The notes: generated by a model from the sequence alone, not told the origin. Numbered from the stretch's first letter, positions 11,243-22,520 are shown. The stretch is 64,000 nucleotides of DNA from an uncultured Methylomirabilota bacterium (GCA_963845565.1 CAWJSJ010000004.1:160001-224000); one strand, 5' to 3'. Made by a program: numbers and translations.

Positions 11243-12557
11243 TTAGAGCGGAGAGCCAGCGGGCGGTGCGGAGGAGCCGGGCATCGTCGCCGCGGCGTCC
11301 GACGAGCTGGACGCCCAGCGGCAGGCCGCGGGGACCATGGAGAAGCGGCAGCGTGACGGCCGGGACCCCGCACAGCGTCCAGGCGGTGCAAAAGATGGGG
11401 CTGCCGGTGGAGGTGAGCCCCGCGGGCGCCTCTCCCGTGGTGGCCGGCGTCAGGATGGCGTCGTACCGCGCGAAGATCGCCTCCAGGGCCTGGATCAATC
11501 CCCGCACCCTCTCCACGGCCCGAGTGTAATCCACGGCCAGTGTTCGCTGGCCGCGCTCGATCATCGTCCGCAGGGTGTCGCTCAACTGCTCTTTGCCCTG
11601 CCGATACTCCGCATCAAAACTAAAGGCCAGATCGGCTTCCATGATGGTGCGATGCAGGTCCGCGGCCTCGGCGAACGGCGGCGGTAGCGCGACCTCCTCC
11701 GCACAACCGAGGCGGCCCGCGAACTCCGAGAAACGCCGGCGGGTGTCCGGGTCGGCGTCCTCCCAAAACGGCGATTTGACGAACGCCAGCCACGGGCGGG
11801 ACGGGGGGTCCTGGTTGGCGGACTCGAGGAAGCGCGGCAGCGATTGGCGTTGCATCGCCGGGTCCCGGCCGTCGTAGACCATCAGGGTGTGGGCAAGCAG
11901 GGCGGCGTCCTCTACGGTGCGCGCGAAGACGCCGACGTGGTCGAGGTGCGGCGACTGGCGGAGCGCGCCGACTCGGGAGATGAGGCCGAATGTCGGCTTG
12001 AACCCCACGACGCCGCAGTACGCGGCCGGTCGGATCACCGAGCCGTTGGTCTGCGACCCGATGGCCAGCGGCACCATCCCGGCGGCGACGGCGGCGGCCG
12101 ATCCGCTGGAGGAGCCGCCGGGGGTATGGGCGGGATCGTGCGGATTCCGTGTCTTCCCGGGACTGTAAACGGCCAGTTCGGTCGTCACGGTCTTGCCGAC
12201 GATGACCGCTCCCGCGGCGCGAAGCAGCGTCACGGCCATGGCGTCCTCGACCGGTTGTCGGCCGGCGTGCAGGACGGTGCCGTTCTCGGTGGGCATATCC
12301 GCGGTGTCGAAGATGTCCTTGATGCCGACCGGCAGGCCGTGAAGGGGGCCGAGAAACGTCCGCTGGCCGAGCGCGCGATCCCGATCCCGGGCTTGCGCCA
12401 TTGCGCGCTCGGGGTCAAGGAGGGTCCAGGCCTGGACGCGGGGCTCGACGGCCCGGATCCGGTCCAGACACGCGCGGAGCAGCGCGGTGGCATCCAACTC
12501 GCGCCCCCGGATTGCCCGCAGCGCGTCGCAAGCAGTGAGCGCAGTGAAATCGTTCAT
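11232..12557 (-). CDS. Amidase signature family protein
   Basis: [26 protein letters not shown] and [12 protein letters not shown]. Confidence 0.92.
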   Translation of the reverse strand: MNDFTALTACDALRAIRGRELDATALLRACLDRIRAVEPRVQAWTLLDPERAMAQARDRDRALGQRTFLGPLHGLPVGIKDIFDTADMPTENGTVLHAGRQPVEDAMAVTLLRAAGAVIVGKTVTTELAVYSPGKTRNPHDPAHTPGGSSSGSAAAVAAGMVPLAIGSQTNGSVIRPAAYCGVVGFKPTFGLISRVGALRQSPHLDHVGVFARTVEDAALLAHTLMVYDGRDPAMQRQSLPRFLESANQDPPSRPWLAFVKSPFWEDADPDTRRRFSEFAGRLGCAEEVALPPPFAEAADLHRTIMEADLAFSFDAEYRQGKEQLSDTLRTMIERGQRTLAVDYTRAVERVRGLIQALEAIFARYDAILTPATTGEAPAGLTSTGSPIFCTAWTLCGVPAVTLPLLHGPRGLPLGVQLVGRRGDDARLLRTARWLSALTGC

Positions 12558-12874
12558 GGGATCCTCGGGGCCGCGACGGACGAGGGTGCAGCGCCGGTGC
12601 ACGCCGGCGCTGCAGAGGGCTTCGGGGGAGACAGATACCGCAAGTGGCGTCCGTCGTCAAGCGAATCGGGGGCGTGTCGCGCACAGTGGTGCGGTACGCG
12701 GTCAGGGTTGACGAGTCGGACGCATGCGACTTGCGCCTGACAAGCGGGCGGGAGTGTAGTACCCTCGTGTCACCCGGACGCCGTGCCCGAGTCCTGCGAG
12801 GAGGGCGGTCACCCCGGGCGGGGCATGGGCGCGCACTCGAGGCGAAATGGCTGCCGAACGACAGGGAGGAGACG

Positions 12875-14104
12875 ATGCGGAAGATCAGCGTGCGGAATCC
12901 GGTGGTGGAACTCGACGGCGACGAAATGACCCGGATCATCTGGAAGGCGATCAAGGAGAAGCTCATCTCTCCATACGTGGATCTCGATCTCAAATACTAT
13001 GATCTCGGCATCGAGAGTCGCGATCGCACCGACGACCGGATCACCGTGGAGGCCGCCGAGGCGATCAAGCGCTACCGGGTCGGCGTCAAGTGCGCGACCA
13101 TCACGCCGGACGACAACCGGATGAAGGAGTTCACCCTCAAGCGGATGTACAAGTCCCCCAACGGGACCATCCGGAACATCCTCACCGGTACCGTCTTCCG
13201 GGAGCCCATCGTCTGCAAGAACGTCCCCCGCCTGATTCCGAGCTGGACCAAGCCGATCTGCATCGGGCGCCACGCCTTCGGCGATCAGTATGTGGCGACC
13301 GATTTCGTGGTGCCGGGCAACGGCAAGCTGACGATCACCTTCACGCCCGAAGGCGGCGGAGAGCCGACGACCTACGAGGCCTACCAGTTCAAGACCGGGG
13401 GCGGGGTGGCGCTGGCGATGTACAACACCGAGGAGTCCATTCGCGGCTTCGCGCACGCCTGCTTCAACCAGGCGCTGCTGAAGGGGTGGCCCCTGTACCT
13501 CTCCACCAAGGATACCATCCTCAAGAAATACGACGGACGCTTCAAGGATATCTTTCGGGAGATCTACGAGGGCGAGTATCGGCAGCGTTTCGAGGCGGCC
13601 GGGATCTCCTACGAGCACCGGCTCATCGACGACATGATTGCCTCCTCCCTGAAAATGGCCGGGGCGTTTGTCTGGGCATGCAAGAATTACGATGGGGATA
13701 ACGCGTCCGACATGATCGCACAAGGGTTCGGCTCCTTGGGACTCATGACCTCGACACTCATCACGCCCGACGGGGGAACCATGGAGGCCGAGGCCGCCCA
13801 CGGAACGGTCACGCGCCACTTCCGCGACCACCAGCAGGGCAAGCGCACATCCACCAACCCCATCGCCTCGATCTTCGCGTGGACCCGCGGACTGGCCTTC
13901 CGGGGCCGGCTCGACGACAACCGGGAGCTCGTCGGGTTCTGCGAGACCCTGGAGAAGGTCTGCGTGGAGACCGTGGAATCGGGCAAGATGACCAAGGACC
14001 TCGCCGTGTGCATCCACGGCAAGGACGTGAAGCCCGCGCACTATCTCTACACCGAGGACTTCCTGGCGGCCTTGGACAAGAACTTGCGGGCTCGACTGGG
14101 GTGA
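12875..14104 (+). CDS. icd: NADP-dependent isocitrate dehydrogenase (type II)
   Basis: [27 protein letters not shown] and [20 protein letters not shown]. Confidence 0.95.
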   Translation: MRKISVRNPVVELDGDEMTRIIWKAIKEKLISPYVDLDLKYYDLGIESRDRTDDRITVEAAEAIKRYRVGVKCATITPDDNRMKEFTLKRMYKSPNGTIRNILTGTVFREPIVCKNVPRLIPSWTKPICIGRHAFGDQYVATDFVVPGNGKLTITFTPEGGGEPTTYEAYQFKTGGGVALAMYNTEESIRGFAHACFNQALLKGWPLYLSTKDTILKKYDGRFKDIFREIYEGEYRQRFEAAGISYEHRLIDDMIASSLKMAGAFVWACKNYDGDNASDMIAQGFGSLGLMTSTLITPDGGTMEAEAAHGTVTRHFRDHQQGKRTSTNPIASIFAWTRGLAFRGRLDDNRELVGFCETLEKVCVETVESGKMTKDLAVCIHGKDVKPAHYLYTEDFLAALDKNLRARLG

Positions 14105-14152
14105 GCAAGGCGGCGGGATCAGAGACGACGGCGCGGTGCGCGCCGCATCGTC

Positions 14153-15208
14153 TCATGCCTCGAAGGGAATCCCGACGCTCGCTCCCAGCTTGGTCAGGTC
14201 GTTGACGACGGCGTCGCTCAGCGGGATGCCCTGTTCTCGCCGCTCCTGCTCCGTGAGGAACTCGGGTTCCCCGGCCACCATGATCTTGCTGAATCCCTTC
14301 GCCAGGGGTTCCGCCTTGACCTCGCGGATCATGGCATCCATGTTGGCCTTGAATTCGGCGGCGGGCCGGAACCGATCGATCCGGATCGCGCCGAAGAAAT
14401 GGCCGACCCCTTGGTTGCGTGTGGGGTTGTTGTACAACTCCCCGACATGCGGCCCGAAGGGACCGCCGGCCAGCGTGGCCGTCAGCACCTCGATGGCCAT
14501 CGCCAGGCCGAAGCCCTTGTGACCGCCCAGCGGGAGCAGCGCGCCCTCGTTGGCTTCCTTGGCGCTGGTGGTCGGCTCGCCGTCCTTGTTGAGACCCCAG
14601 GAGATGGGGATGGTCTCGCCCTTCTTCGCCGCCAGGATGATGGCGCCCCGGGCGACGACGCTGGTGGCCATGTCCAGGACGAACGGCTTCTCCTCGCCGG
14701 CGGGCACCGCGATGGCCAGGGGGTTGGTCCCGAAGAAGGCCTTGCGCCCGCCCCATGGCGCCATCAGGGAGGGGGAGTTGGTGAGCGAGATGCCGATCAT
14801 GTCCTGGTCCAGCGCCATCATGGCATAGTACGCGGCCGTTCCAAAGTGCGTGGAATTCTTGGCCGTCACCATCCCGATGCCCGCCGATCCGGCCTTGGCA
14901 ATGGCGAGCCGCATGGCCCGGGTGCCGACCACCTGCCCGAGGCCGTCCTGCCCATCGTAGACGGCCGTCGTCGGCGTCTCGGCGCTCACGACCCCCTGCG
15001 CGCGCCCGTTGGTGAGCCCGGCCCGCAGCCGCTCCACGTAGATGGGGAGCCGGGTGATGCCGTGCGTGTCCACGCCGCGCAGGTTGGCCGCCAGGAGTGA
15101 GTGGGCCACGATCTCGGCGTTCTCCCTGGGCACGCCCGCCTTTTCCAGCGCCGCCACGCAAAATGCCGAGAGTTGTGATGACTTGAAGCGACGTCCGGTG
15201 TCTTCCAT
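14153..15208 (-). CDS. Ldh_2 family oxidoreductase (malate/lactate/ureidoglycolate dehydrogenase type)
   Basis: LRGVDTHG, NSTHFG, GTNPLAIAVP, LDMATS and GGHKGFGL. Confidence 0.92.
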   Translation of the reverse strand: MEDTGRRFKSSQLSAFCVAALEKAGVPRENAEIVAHSLLAANLRGVDTHGITRLPIYVERLRAGLTNGRAQGVVSAETPTTAVYDGQDGLGQVVGTRAMRLAIAKAGSAGIGMVTAKNSTHFGTAAYYAMMALDQDMIGISLTNSPSLMAPWGGRKAFFGTNPLAIAVPAGEEKPFVLDMATSVVARGAIILAAKKGETIPISWGLNKDGEPTTSAKEANEGALLPLGGHKGFGLAMAIEVLTATLAGGPFGPHVGELYNNPTRNQGVGHFFGAIRIDRFRPAAEFKANMDAMIREVKAEPLAKGFSKIMVAGEPEFLTEQERREQGIPLSDAVVNDLTKLGASVGIPFEA

Positions 15209-15489
15209 GCTGTCAGCCTCCGTGTGTTTTTGCGTCCGCGATCCGTGGGGTCCGCTGAACCTTCGGTCGGCCCGGCCCGAATGGGCGGAGGATGCCGCAG
15301 GCTGCCAGGGCAGTCAAGGGCAAACTGGGGCCCGTGGACCGGTTGCCAGGTGGCCGAGGCGAACGTGCCAGGCGGGCGGAGGAATTCCCCATCTCTTGGT
15401 TCCTGACTGACAGCCGGGCATGAATATGGTATAAATGACGCAGCATTGTGTGAACTGCGAATCGTCATCCTTTCGTTGAGGAGGTCGTA

Positions 15490-16392
15490 ATGGCAAAAGC
15501 TCGGGTGTCCATGGCAGGCATCTTTCCGCCCATTCCCACGCCCTTCGATGCGGCGGAGGAGCTGGATCTCAAGGCGTTGGCCGGCAACATCGAGAAGTGG
15601 AACAAGACGCCGATCAACGGGTACGTCGTGCTGGGATCCAACGGCGAAATGACCTACCTGTCCGAGGCGGAGAAGGTGGCGGTGTACGAGACGGCGCGGA
15701 AGCACATCCCGTCGAGCAAGCTCATGATGGCGGGCTGCGGTTGTGAGTCCACCCACAGCAGCATCCAGCTCACCAAGAAGGCGGCGGCGATCGGGGCGGA
15801 CGTGGCGCTCTTCATCAGCCCCTGCTACTACAAGTCGAAGATGGACAACGCCGCGCTCGCGGACTACTACACGCGCCTCGCCGATGCCTCGCCGATCCCG
15901 GTGAGCGTGTACAACTTCCCGGCGAACACGGGCATTGACATGACGGCGGAGCTGGTCATCAAGCTGTCGCAGCACCCGAACATCGCGGCCGTCAAGGAGA
16001 GCGGCGGCAACGTGGTGAAGATGGGCGAGATCATCAAGAACGTCCGCCCGGACTTCCAGGTGCTGGCGGGATCGGCCGGGTTCCTGTACCCGTCCCTGGT
16101 CCTCGGCGCCGTGGGCGGCGTCCTGGCCCTGGCCAACATCGCGCCGCAGCAGTGCTGCGACATCCTCGCCTTTGCCAAGGCGGGGAAGCACGAGGAGGCT
16201 CGCCAGCTCCAGCTCCGGATGATCGCGCCGAACACCGCGGTCACCGCGGGCTTCGGCGTGGCCGGGTTGAAGGCTGCCATGGACATGCTGGGCATGGTCG
16301 GCGGCAAGCCGCGGAGCCCGATGCAGCCGCTCAGCGACGAGCAAAAGGCGAAGCTCAAGGGCATCCTGCAGACCGCGGGCATTCTGCAGTAG
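15490..16392 (+). CDS. Dihydrodipicolinate synthase family aldolase (4-hydroxy-2-oxoglutarate aldolase-like)
   Basis: FPPIPTPF, GSNGE, YNFP and the KES Schiff-base lysine. Confidence 0.88.
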   Translation: MAKARVSMAGIFPPIPTPFDAAEELDLKALAGNIEKWNKTPINGYVVLGSNGEMTYLSEAEKVAVYETARKHIPSSKLMMAGCGCESTHSSIQLTKKAAAIGADVALFISPCYYKSKMDNAALADYYTRLADASPIPVSVYNFPANTGIDMTAELVIKLSQHPNIAAVKESGGNVVKMGEIIKNVRPDFQVLAGSAGFLYPSLVLGAVGGVLALANIAPQQCCDILAFAKAGKHEEARQLQLRMIAPNTAVTAGFGVAGLKAAMDMLGMVGGKPRSPMQPLSDEQKAKLKGILQTAGILQ

Positions 16393-16459
16393 TGTCCGAT
16401 CTCCGTGGGCAATGGTTTTCTGCCAGCTGTCACCTGCCCGCTGCCAGCTGGCTTTTCAA

Positions 16460-16809
16460 GGGGGTGCAACGGTTTCGACGGGGGCAAGGGGGTACAGGTG
16501 GCATGCCGAGTCCCCACCGGCTCGTAAAAGGTGGGAAAAACACAACTGCCAATAACGAATTGGCCCTCGCTGCCTAACTAGCAGCGACGTCCCCCTTGCC
16601 CCGCTTGCCGGGTGAGATCGGGGCGTCATAAAGGCAAGCTAGGCTAGCCGATCCCGGCCCGGGGTCGGCCGGATGAAAACCAATGGGCTGGTCGTCGGGA
16701 GCCCTGCCGGCGGGGTTACCTGGCGACGAGAAAAAAACGCCGGCTACGCATGTAGAAGCCTGTACTGACAGGTTCTCGGACGGGGGTTCGACTCCCCCCA
16801 CCTCCACCA
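16460..16809 (+). ncRNA. ssrA: tmRNA; tag peptide ANNELALAA
   Basis: 5' GGGGGTG...GGTTTCGAC; 3' T-arm GGGGGTTCGACTCCCCC and CACCTCC-A-CCA; internal GCC AAT AAC GAA TTG GCC CTC GCT GCC TAA; smpB nearby. Confidence 0.97.
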
Positions 16810-16812
16810 GAA

Positions 16813-16847
16813 CGAACGGGCTCCCCTCGGGGAGCCCGTTCGATTTT
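16813..16847 (+). terminator. Intrinsic terminator-like hairpin after ssrA, copy 1
   Basis: CGAACGGGCTCCCC-TC-GGGGAGCCCGTTCG followed by ATTTT. Confidence 0.75.
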
Positions 16848-16891
16848 GCTGATACGGGCCGGGACGACTGGCGGGCAATAATAAGCGCCGT

Positions 16892-16924
16892 AACGGGCTC
16901 CCCTCGGGGAGCCCGTTTCGTTTT
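16892..16924 (+). terminator. Duplicated terminator-like hairpin, copy 2
   Basis: Identical 26-mer AACGGGCTCCCCTCGGGGAGCCCGTT followed by TCGTTTT. Confidence 0.7.
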
Positions 16925-17128
16925 ATGCCATTGTGACGGTTTCGTTCATCAAGCCCGGCCGCCTGTCACCTACCCGCGGCCGGCCGGTCTTCAGTCCTCT
17001 GCCTTCCGCCTCCTGCTCTTCCCTCATCGACGAATTGACGAACGGCCTGCTTGACGAACTGACCCGTCGCCGTTTACCGCCTGCCCCCGCCCTTCGGCTC
17101 TCGGCACTCGGCTCTACAGACTCGCGCA

Positions 17129-17161
17129 GTGACCCCGGATGTCACAGCCCTCTTGTATGAT
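17129..17161 (+). promoter_or_regulatory. Palindromic operator plus -10 box (putative WYL-activated promoter 1)
   Basis: GTGAC-CCCGGAT-GTCAC-N10-TATGAT. Confidence 0.7.
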
Positions 17162-17241
17162 CCCGCCAGACGAGAGCCACCAGGGCGGGCGAGCGCGAAT
17201 CAGCGGACGCGGCACCCTGGAGTCAGGGGAGGAGGACACCC

Positions 17242-17420
17242 ATGCGGATGTACGAGCTGTGGAAACGGCGACGCCGGAGCGGGAGCCGCGCCGACTCGAA
17301 GACGCGGGCGGGCCGGTGCTGTTCGACCGGTCCTGTGACGCGGAGGCGTACTCGGCGGAGGATCGGGACCGCTGGGAGGCGCGCTTCACCATCGTGCCGG
17401 TCACGGTCGGCCGGGCCTGA
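17242..17420 (+). CDS. Small hypothetical protein (~59 aa, one apparent frameshift)
   Basis: Strong GGAGGAGG RBS before ATG 17242; lies between promoter 1 and the protease gene. Confidence 0.4.
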
Positions 17421-17471
17421 ATCGGCCGGGGGCACTCGTTGACGCAAACCCCGCAGGACAAGGAGGTGTCC

Positions 17472-18416
17472 ATGACGACTTCCGAACAGCAGGTTCCCAC
17501 GGCGGCGGAGCGCATTCGCGAGGCGGCGGCGGCGTTGGCGCGCCACCGGGGCGGCCCGTGTCTGGTCTTTGTCAGCCGGTCCCTGGTCCACGCGGACATC
17601 CTCACCGTCCGGACCGCGCTCGGGAGTGCCCGCGGGGACCATCTCGATATGATCGTGGCCGGCCCGGGCGGGCGGAGCGAGGCCGCGTACCTCCTCGCCC
17701 GGGAGCTCCGGCGCCGGTTCGCGCGCCTGACGGCCTATGTGCCCTTCGAGGCGAAGAGTGCGGCCACGCTCCTGTGTCTCGCCGCGGACGAGCTGGTCCT
17801 GGGCGACCTGGGGGAACTGGGCCCCCTCGATCAGCAGTACGAGGCGAAGCAGACCGCCGACTACCCTCTGAGCACCTCCCAGCTGCTCCCCGGGGTCGCG
17901 CTCCGTCAGCTCCAGGACGGGGCCACGGCGTGCTATGACGCCCTGGTGCGCCGGATCGTGAAGGAGAGCGGCCTCCGGCCGCTCGAGGCGGGCAGCAAGG
18001 CCGCCGAGCTCGTCGGGACCCTGTATGCGCCCCTCGTCCAGCAGCTCGACCCAACCCGGTTGGCGGAGTGTGCCCGCGGGTTGGCCGTGGGGAAGGCGTA
18101 CGCCGAACGGGTGCTGCGGCGCTACCGGCCCGCCCTCTGGGCGGAATCCGGCCCCCAGCTCCTGGACCGCCTGGTGCAGGACTACGCGACCCACAACTTT
18201 GTCCTCGATCGCGAGGAACTCGCGGAGGTGGGCCTCCCCACCCGGGCGCCCGACGACACGGAGGCGGCTCTGCTGAACCAGCTCGCCCTCGCGCTGATTG
18301 CGTTCGGAACGGACGACGACCTGATCGCCCTCGTGACTGCGGGCCGACGGGACCCCCACGCTGGCGGCTGCCGGTTCCAGCCAGGCGCGGGGACACACGC
18401 CGCGGAAAACACTTAG
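17472..18416 (+). CDS. SDH family ClpP-fold serine protease
   Basis: GPGG, VPFEAKSAATLL, ADELV, LGPLDQQ and YATH motifs; AGGAGG RBS. Confidence 0.8.
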   Translation: MTTSEQQVPTAAERIREAAAALARHRGGPCLVFVSRSLVHADILTVRTALGSARGDHLDMIVAGPGGRSEAAYLLARELRRRFARLTAYVPFEAKSAATLLCLAADELVLGDLGELGPLDQQYEAKQTADYPLSTSQLLPGVALRQLQDGATACYDALVRRIVKESGLRPLEAGSKAAELVGTLYAPLVQQLDPTRLAECARGLAVGKAYAERVLRRYRPALWAESGPQLLDRLVQDYATHNFVLDREELAEVGLPTRAPDDTEAALLNQLALALIAFGTDDDLIALVTAGRRDPHAGGCRFQPGAGTHAAENT

Positions 18417-18767
18417 GGGGCGCGCAGGTCGCACTACATAGAAGGGACGATCTCAATGCGAACTGCGGGACGGCACCGGCGGCTCGCGGCGGTTCTGCTG
18501 TGTGCGGTGATTGTGGCAGGGTGCGCGCTGTGCCGGCTTCATGGTTGACATTCTCACCAAGACACAACACTCTGAGATGCGCCCGGAGTTGATGGAGCGT
18601 TTCGAGCATTCGCTCCTGATCCACGGTGGCGCGCGCTGAACGACTTGGCTGCGGCGTGGCGGCCGTGGCGTGGACTTCAGGGTCCTCCCAGCATCAATGG
18701 CACCGTTTCCGACTAGGCGGGAGGGAGTGCAGACGGTATAATATCCTTACGAGGGACGGTAGGAACA

Positions 18768-18967
18768 ATGATCTATCGTATTGCGCTTCGAGCATCGGAG
18801 GAAGGGTATCAGCGCGTCGGTGCCGGGCTTGCCTGGCTGTTGGTCGCAGGGGGCCACCGAAGCGGGAAGCGCTGGAGAACATCCGGGAGGCTATCCGGGA
18901 GTACCTTGCGGTCGCCGCGGAATTGACCCAGGGTGCCGAGATGCGTGAAGTTGACGTTGCGGTCTAG
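18768..18967 (+). pseudogene. HicB family antitoxin (frameshifted)
   Basis: Across frames: MIYRIALRASEEGY..SVPGLPGCWSQGATE..EALENIREAIREYL. Confidence 0.75.
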
Positions 18968-18969
18968 CC

Positions 18970-19080
18970 ATGGGAAAGTTTCCCGGCATCAACCATCTGG
19001 ATGCCGTCCGCGCCCTCCAGAAAGCTGGTTTCCGCATCGCTCGCCAAGGTAAACACTTGTCATGACTGACGGCGTCCGCA
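18970..19080 (+). pseudogene. HicA family toxin, truncated
   Basis: MGKFPGINHLDAVRALQKAGFRIARQGKH..MTDG, then an abrupt junction. Confidence 0.7.
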
Positions 19081-19323
19081 TGCGAGCGCGGCACCCCGCC
19101 GACCGTGGTCGCGGTCCGATTGTCGTTCACCCGACGCGCGTCATGGAGGACCGAGAACAGCTCCACGACGTCGGGGTCGGCTCACCGTCGTGCGGCGAGG
19201 CGGAGGCCGATCGTTCGCACGCGCGCCCAGTGGGAGATGCCATGGATCCCGTCTCCACTCGAGTCGATGCAGCTGGCGGATCGCGTCGAGGAGCGGGCCG
19301 GTCGACGCAGACGGCCGTGTCAT
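19081..19323 (-). pseudogene. HD-domain protein N-terminal fragment (paralog of 28188-28724)
   Basis: Across frames: GIHGISHWARV..GLRLA...VVELFSVLHDARRVND. Confidence 0.7.
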
Positions 19324-19435
19324 CCGCGTGGGCCTTCAGCTTGCCACCTCGCCCGCTCGGCCAATGGACGCATCGACGCGTAGACTCTGTCGCTCCCTGC
19401 CAGCCGCCAGCTGTCTACTGCCAGCGTCCCCCAGG

Positions 19436-20424
19436 TCACGTCTTGCTGAGAATCCGCTCGGCGGCGCTGCGAACAGCGTCCTTGAGTTCTTGAGGCCGGA
19501 GGATCGTCACGCCGCCGCCGAATCCCAGGAGCCACCCGACCAGCTCCGGCGTGGCGGCGACGGTGAGGGTCATCCGGAGGCGGCCGGTCTTCTGGGGCTC
19601 GAGCTTCTGGCTGGGGTGCCAGGTCCGGTCCTTCACCCAGGCGGTGGTGGCCTTATCGAAGAGAAGCTCGACGGTGACGGGCTTTCCCCGCATCACCCGA
19701 AGAGCGTCCCCGACGTAGGCCTCCAGGTCGAAGCTGAGGGGAAGCTGGAAGGCGTGGTCGGTGAGGGTGCAGCTCCGGATCCGCTCCACGGCGAAGAGCC
19801 GGACGGACTCGCGCAGGTGGCAGTAGGCGACCAAATAGAGTGCGCCGTTCGCGTACCACAAACGGTAGGGGTTCACTTCCCGCCGCGTGGTCTGGTTCCG
19901 GCTGGCGGTGAAATACCGGAGCTGGACCGTCCGGCCCTTGGTGATCGCCTCGGTCAGTTTGTCGATGGTCTCCTTGTGCTGGCGGTAGCTCACGTGAGGA
20001 CCGAGGCCGATGGCGAAGCAACCGTCCAGTTGTTGGAGGTACGCGTGGCCCGGGGCGGGGAGGGCGGTCGCGGCCTTCCCCAGGGCAGAGTCGAGGGATG
20101 CCTGGAGCTGGGTCCCCTCCAAGGGGCGCAGGAGGCCCCGGCTAAACGTCAAGGCCATCAGTTCCGTCGGGGAGAAGGCGAGCGCGGGGATATTGCGGAA
20201 GCCCTCCATCAGCTTCCAGACCACGCCGCGGCCGTCGACCTTCTCCGTGAGGAGGGGGAATCCCGCGGCTTCCAGTGCTTCCAGATCCCGGCGGATCGTC
20301 CGGTGGTGCCGCGTGAAATCGGCGGGGAGTCCGTCCGCCAGCGCCTGGAGCGTCAGCCCTCCCGGGACACCTCGAGGGTGCGGAGCAGGTGCCACTGGCG
20401 GGTGACCTGGTCGTTCCGGGGCAT
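19436..20424 (-). CDS. HTH-WYL-WCX transcriptional regulator; apparent frameshift near 20365
   Basis: MPRNDQVTRQW N-terminus, RTIRRDLEAL HTH, RREVNPYRL, LYLVAYCHLRESVRLFAVERI and WLLGFG. Confidence 0.9.
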
Positions 20425-20825
20425 GCCGACCCTCCCAATTTCGGGGTCCACCTCGCAAATCCGATGTCGTGACGCCCGGGACTCTGACACATTCCCTGGC
20501 CTCGAGCAATCACAGCGTGGCAATTGTCCGCCTGCGTCTGCAACCCGCGGTCGGCCCCAAATGCGCGACACAGATGGGAGCCGTGTTCGGTATGCGGTGT
20601 GAAGAACCTCGGTCGCAGATTGAGCCCGCGCTCGTGCCTGCCCTCGGTGACACGGCGCTCTTCCGGACGCCTCTCCTGTTCGCGTCAGGTGGTGGGGGGC
20701 TCGTGGAAACTCTGCGAGGTTCCCGTGGGGTTAGGGCGTCTCCTTGAGGAGTCGCTTGACCAGTCGGACGAACTCCGTCGCTTCGTCAGGAGGTTGCGAG
20801 CCTCGGTCTCCGCGATGCGGCCCGC

Positions 20826-21522
20826 CATCCAGTCAGAACTTCATCGGCGCACCTGGTGCGACCATTCAGCAGGCCCTCTACATTCCGCCAGAGCCCTCCC
20901 GGGTGCCGGCGTATATGGACAACTGGGAGAAATACTACCACGCGGACGAGCGGGATCCCTTGGTGCAGCTCGCCCTGATCCATGCCCAGTTCGAACTGAT
21001 CCATGCGTTTCTGGATGGCAATGGTCGACTCGGCCGGATCCTCGTCCCGATCTTCCTCTACGAACGGCAGCTCCTCGCTCGGCCGATGTTCTACCTCTCC
21101 GCGTACCTCGAGAGCCACCGCGAGGAGTATGTGGGGTTGTTGCGGGGACTGGACGGGCCGGAGACGTGGAGCCCATGGATCGCCTTTTTCCTGCGCGCCC
21201 TGACCGAGCAGGCGCGGGAAGGCGCCACGAAGGCCAGGCGGATCCTGGCCCTGTACGGGCGCCTCAAGGGCGAAATCCTGGAGTTGACCCATTCCCAGTT
21301 CGCCGTCCCGCTCCTCGACCGACTCTTCCACCAGCCGGTGTTTGCGAGCAGCACGCTGGTTGCCGACAAGGCCATGCCGAGCAAACCCATGGTCATGGCG
21401 CTGCTCCGAAAGCTGCGAGATGCCGGCATCCTGGTGGTGGTCCGCGAAGGGAGCGGCCGGCGGGCCAGATCCTCGCCCTGGGCGAACTGGTGAATCTCTG
21501 CGAAGGGAAGCGGGCTTTCTGA
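20826..21522 (+). pseudogene. Fic family protein, N-terminally truncated, C-terminal frameshift
   Basis: HAQFELIHAFLDGNGRLGR Fic motif; no recognisable N-terminus. Confidence 0.8.
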
Positions 21523-21701
21523 GGAGCGGGGGCCCGGCTGCAGCGATCAATCCCTGTCCTTGCTTTCCAGCGCCCGAGTGCCTCTGCAGTACTGTTGTCT
21601 CCCCATCACGCCATCCCCCCTTTCCGCCTCGTTCTGTTCCTTGCCGGCTACCAGTTGCTGGAAACGCCGGAAGCTCTGCGCATAGCGCGCTCCCAGTCTA
21701 T

Positions 21702-21808
21702 GCAGATGCTGGCGACGTGAAGCCGGCCATCCAGCGGCTCACCGCCTTTCTCGCCGCTCCCGAGGTGGCGGCAGCGACCGACCCTGAGATCCGGGCCACC
21801 CGGCGGCG
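21702..21808 (+). repeat. ~107-bp diverged copy of the vWA gene 3' region (26018-26124)
   Basis: Encodes ADAGDVKPAIQRLTAFLAAPEVAAATDPEI versus ADAGDVKEAIQRLTAFLAAPEVAAATDPEI. Confidence 0.85.
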
Positions 21809-21814
21809 GATCCG

Positions 21815-21996
21815 GTCCGTTTGAGGCGACTCGCGGATCTCGGCAGGCGAGATGGTCTCGCGCTTGATCCGGCCGGAGCGGAGCAGATCGTCAAGCGCCA
21901 TCGGGGGACCCCAGGAGGGGAATCAGTGGGCCGGCGAGGATCCGGGCGACGAAGCTGCCCCGTTCGCGGCGCCGGCGAGCGAATTCGCGGGGCGTC
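21815..21996 (-). pseudogene. Remnant of a nucleotidyltransferase C-terminus plus the start of the next (HEPN-like) gene
   Basis: TPREFARRRRERGSFVARILAGPLIPLLG overlapping MALDDLLRSGRIKRETISPAEI. Confidence 0.45.
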
Positions 21997-22251
21997 AAGG
22001 TCGTCTCCCGGCTGTAAGGAACGTTTGAGCCGACGGACGGCGGCGCGAGCCTCCAGGGACCGAATGGGCTGGGCGAGAAAGGACCGGCCTGCAAAGGGAA
22101 AGCGGCAGAGGGTGGGGACCAGGTCGTCGAACAGGCGGTCGAGGAGGCGATCAAACGCCCCGCGCCCCTCCTCGCCGAGGAAAGTCTGGATGGCCCCAAG
22201 GTTCTCGGCGAAGTTGTGGGTAAAGACCGGCGCGAGCCGCTTACCGGCCAT
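21997..22251 (-). pseudogene. RelE/ParE family toxin, truncated
   Basis: FTHNFAENLGAIQTFL...LCRFPFAGR; overlaps the stop of the upstream antitoxin. Confidence 0.6.
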
Positions 22252-22520
22252 AGCGGGTACGTAACTGACGTACCGTCAGGGTCCGACCGGCCGCGATGTC
22301 GGCATCGCTGCGCGGCCTCGTGGAGAAGAAGCAGGTGGATCCGCTCCCGTTCCAAGCGGTGATAGTACTCCAACCGGTCGGCGCCAATCAGCGCGGCACA
22401 GCTCTCGCCGTTCTTGGTGATCAGTTTTTCGACCGGACCGCCGGACACCTCCTCACACGGTTCGGTGAACTGGGCACGCGCCTTGGTGAGGGGGACAACG
22501 TCTCGTGGCGACAGGGACAT
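22241..22520 (-). pseudogene. Phd/YefM family antitoxin (frameshifted)
   Basis: DVVPLTKARAQF...EKLITKNGESCAALI..., then ADIAAGRT in another frame; AGGAGG RBS. Confidence 0.7.

Noticed and set aside
20564..20596. Fourth WYL box next to the WYL gene (GCGACACAGATGGGAG-N10-TATGCG)
   Set aside because: The right half-site and -10 box are too degenerate and the spacer is off by one.
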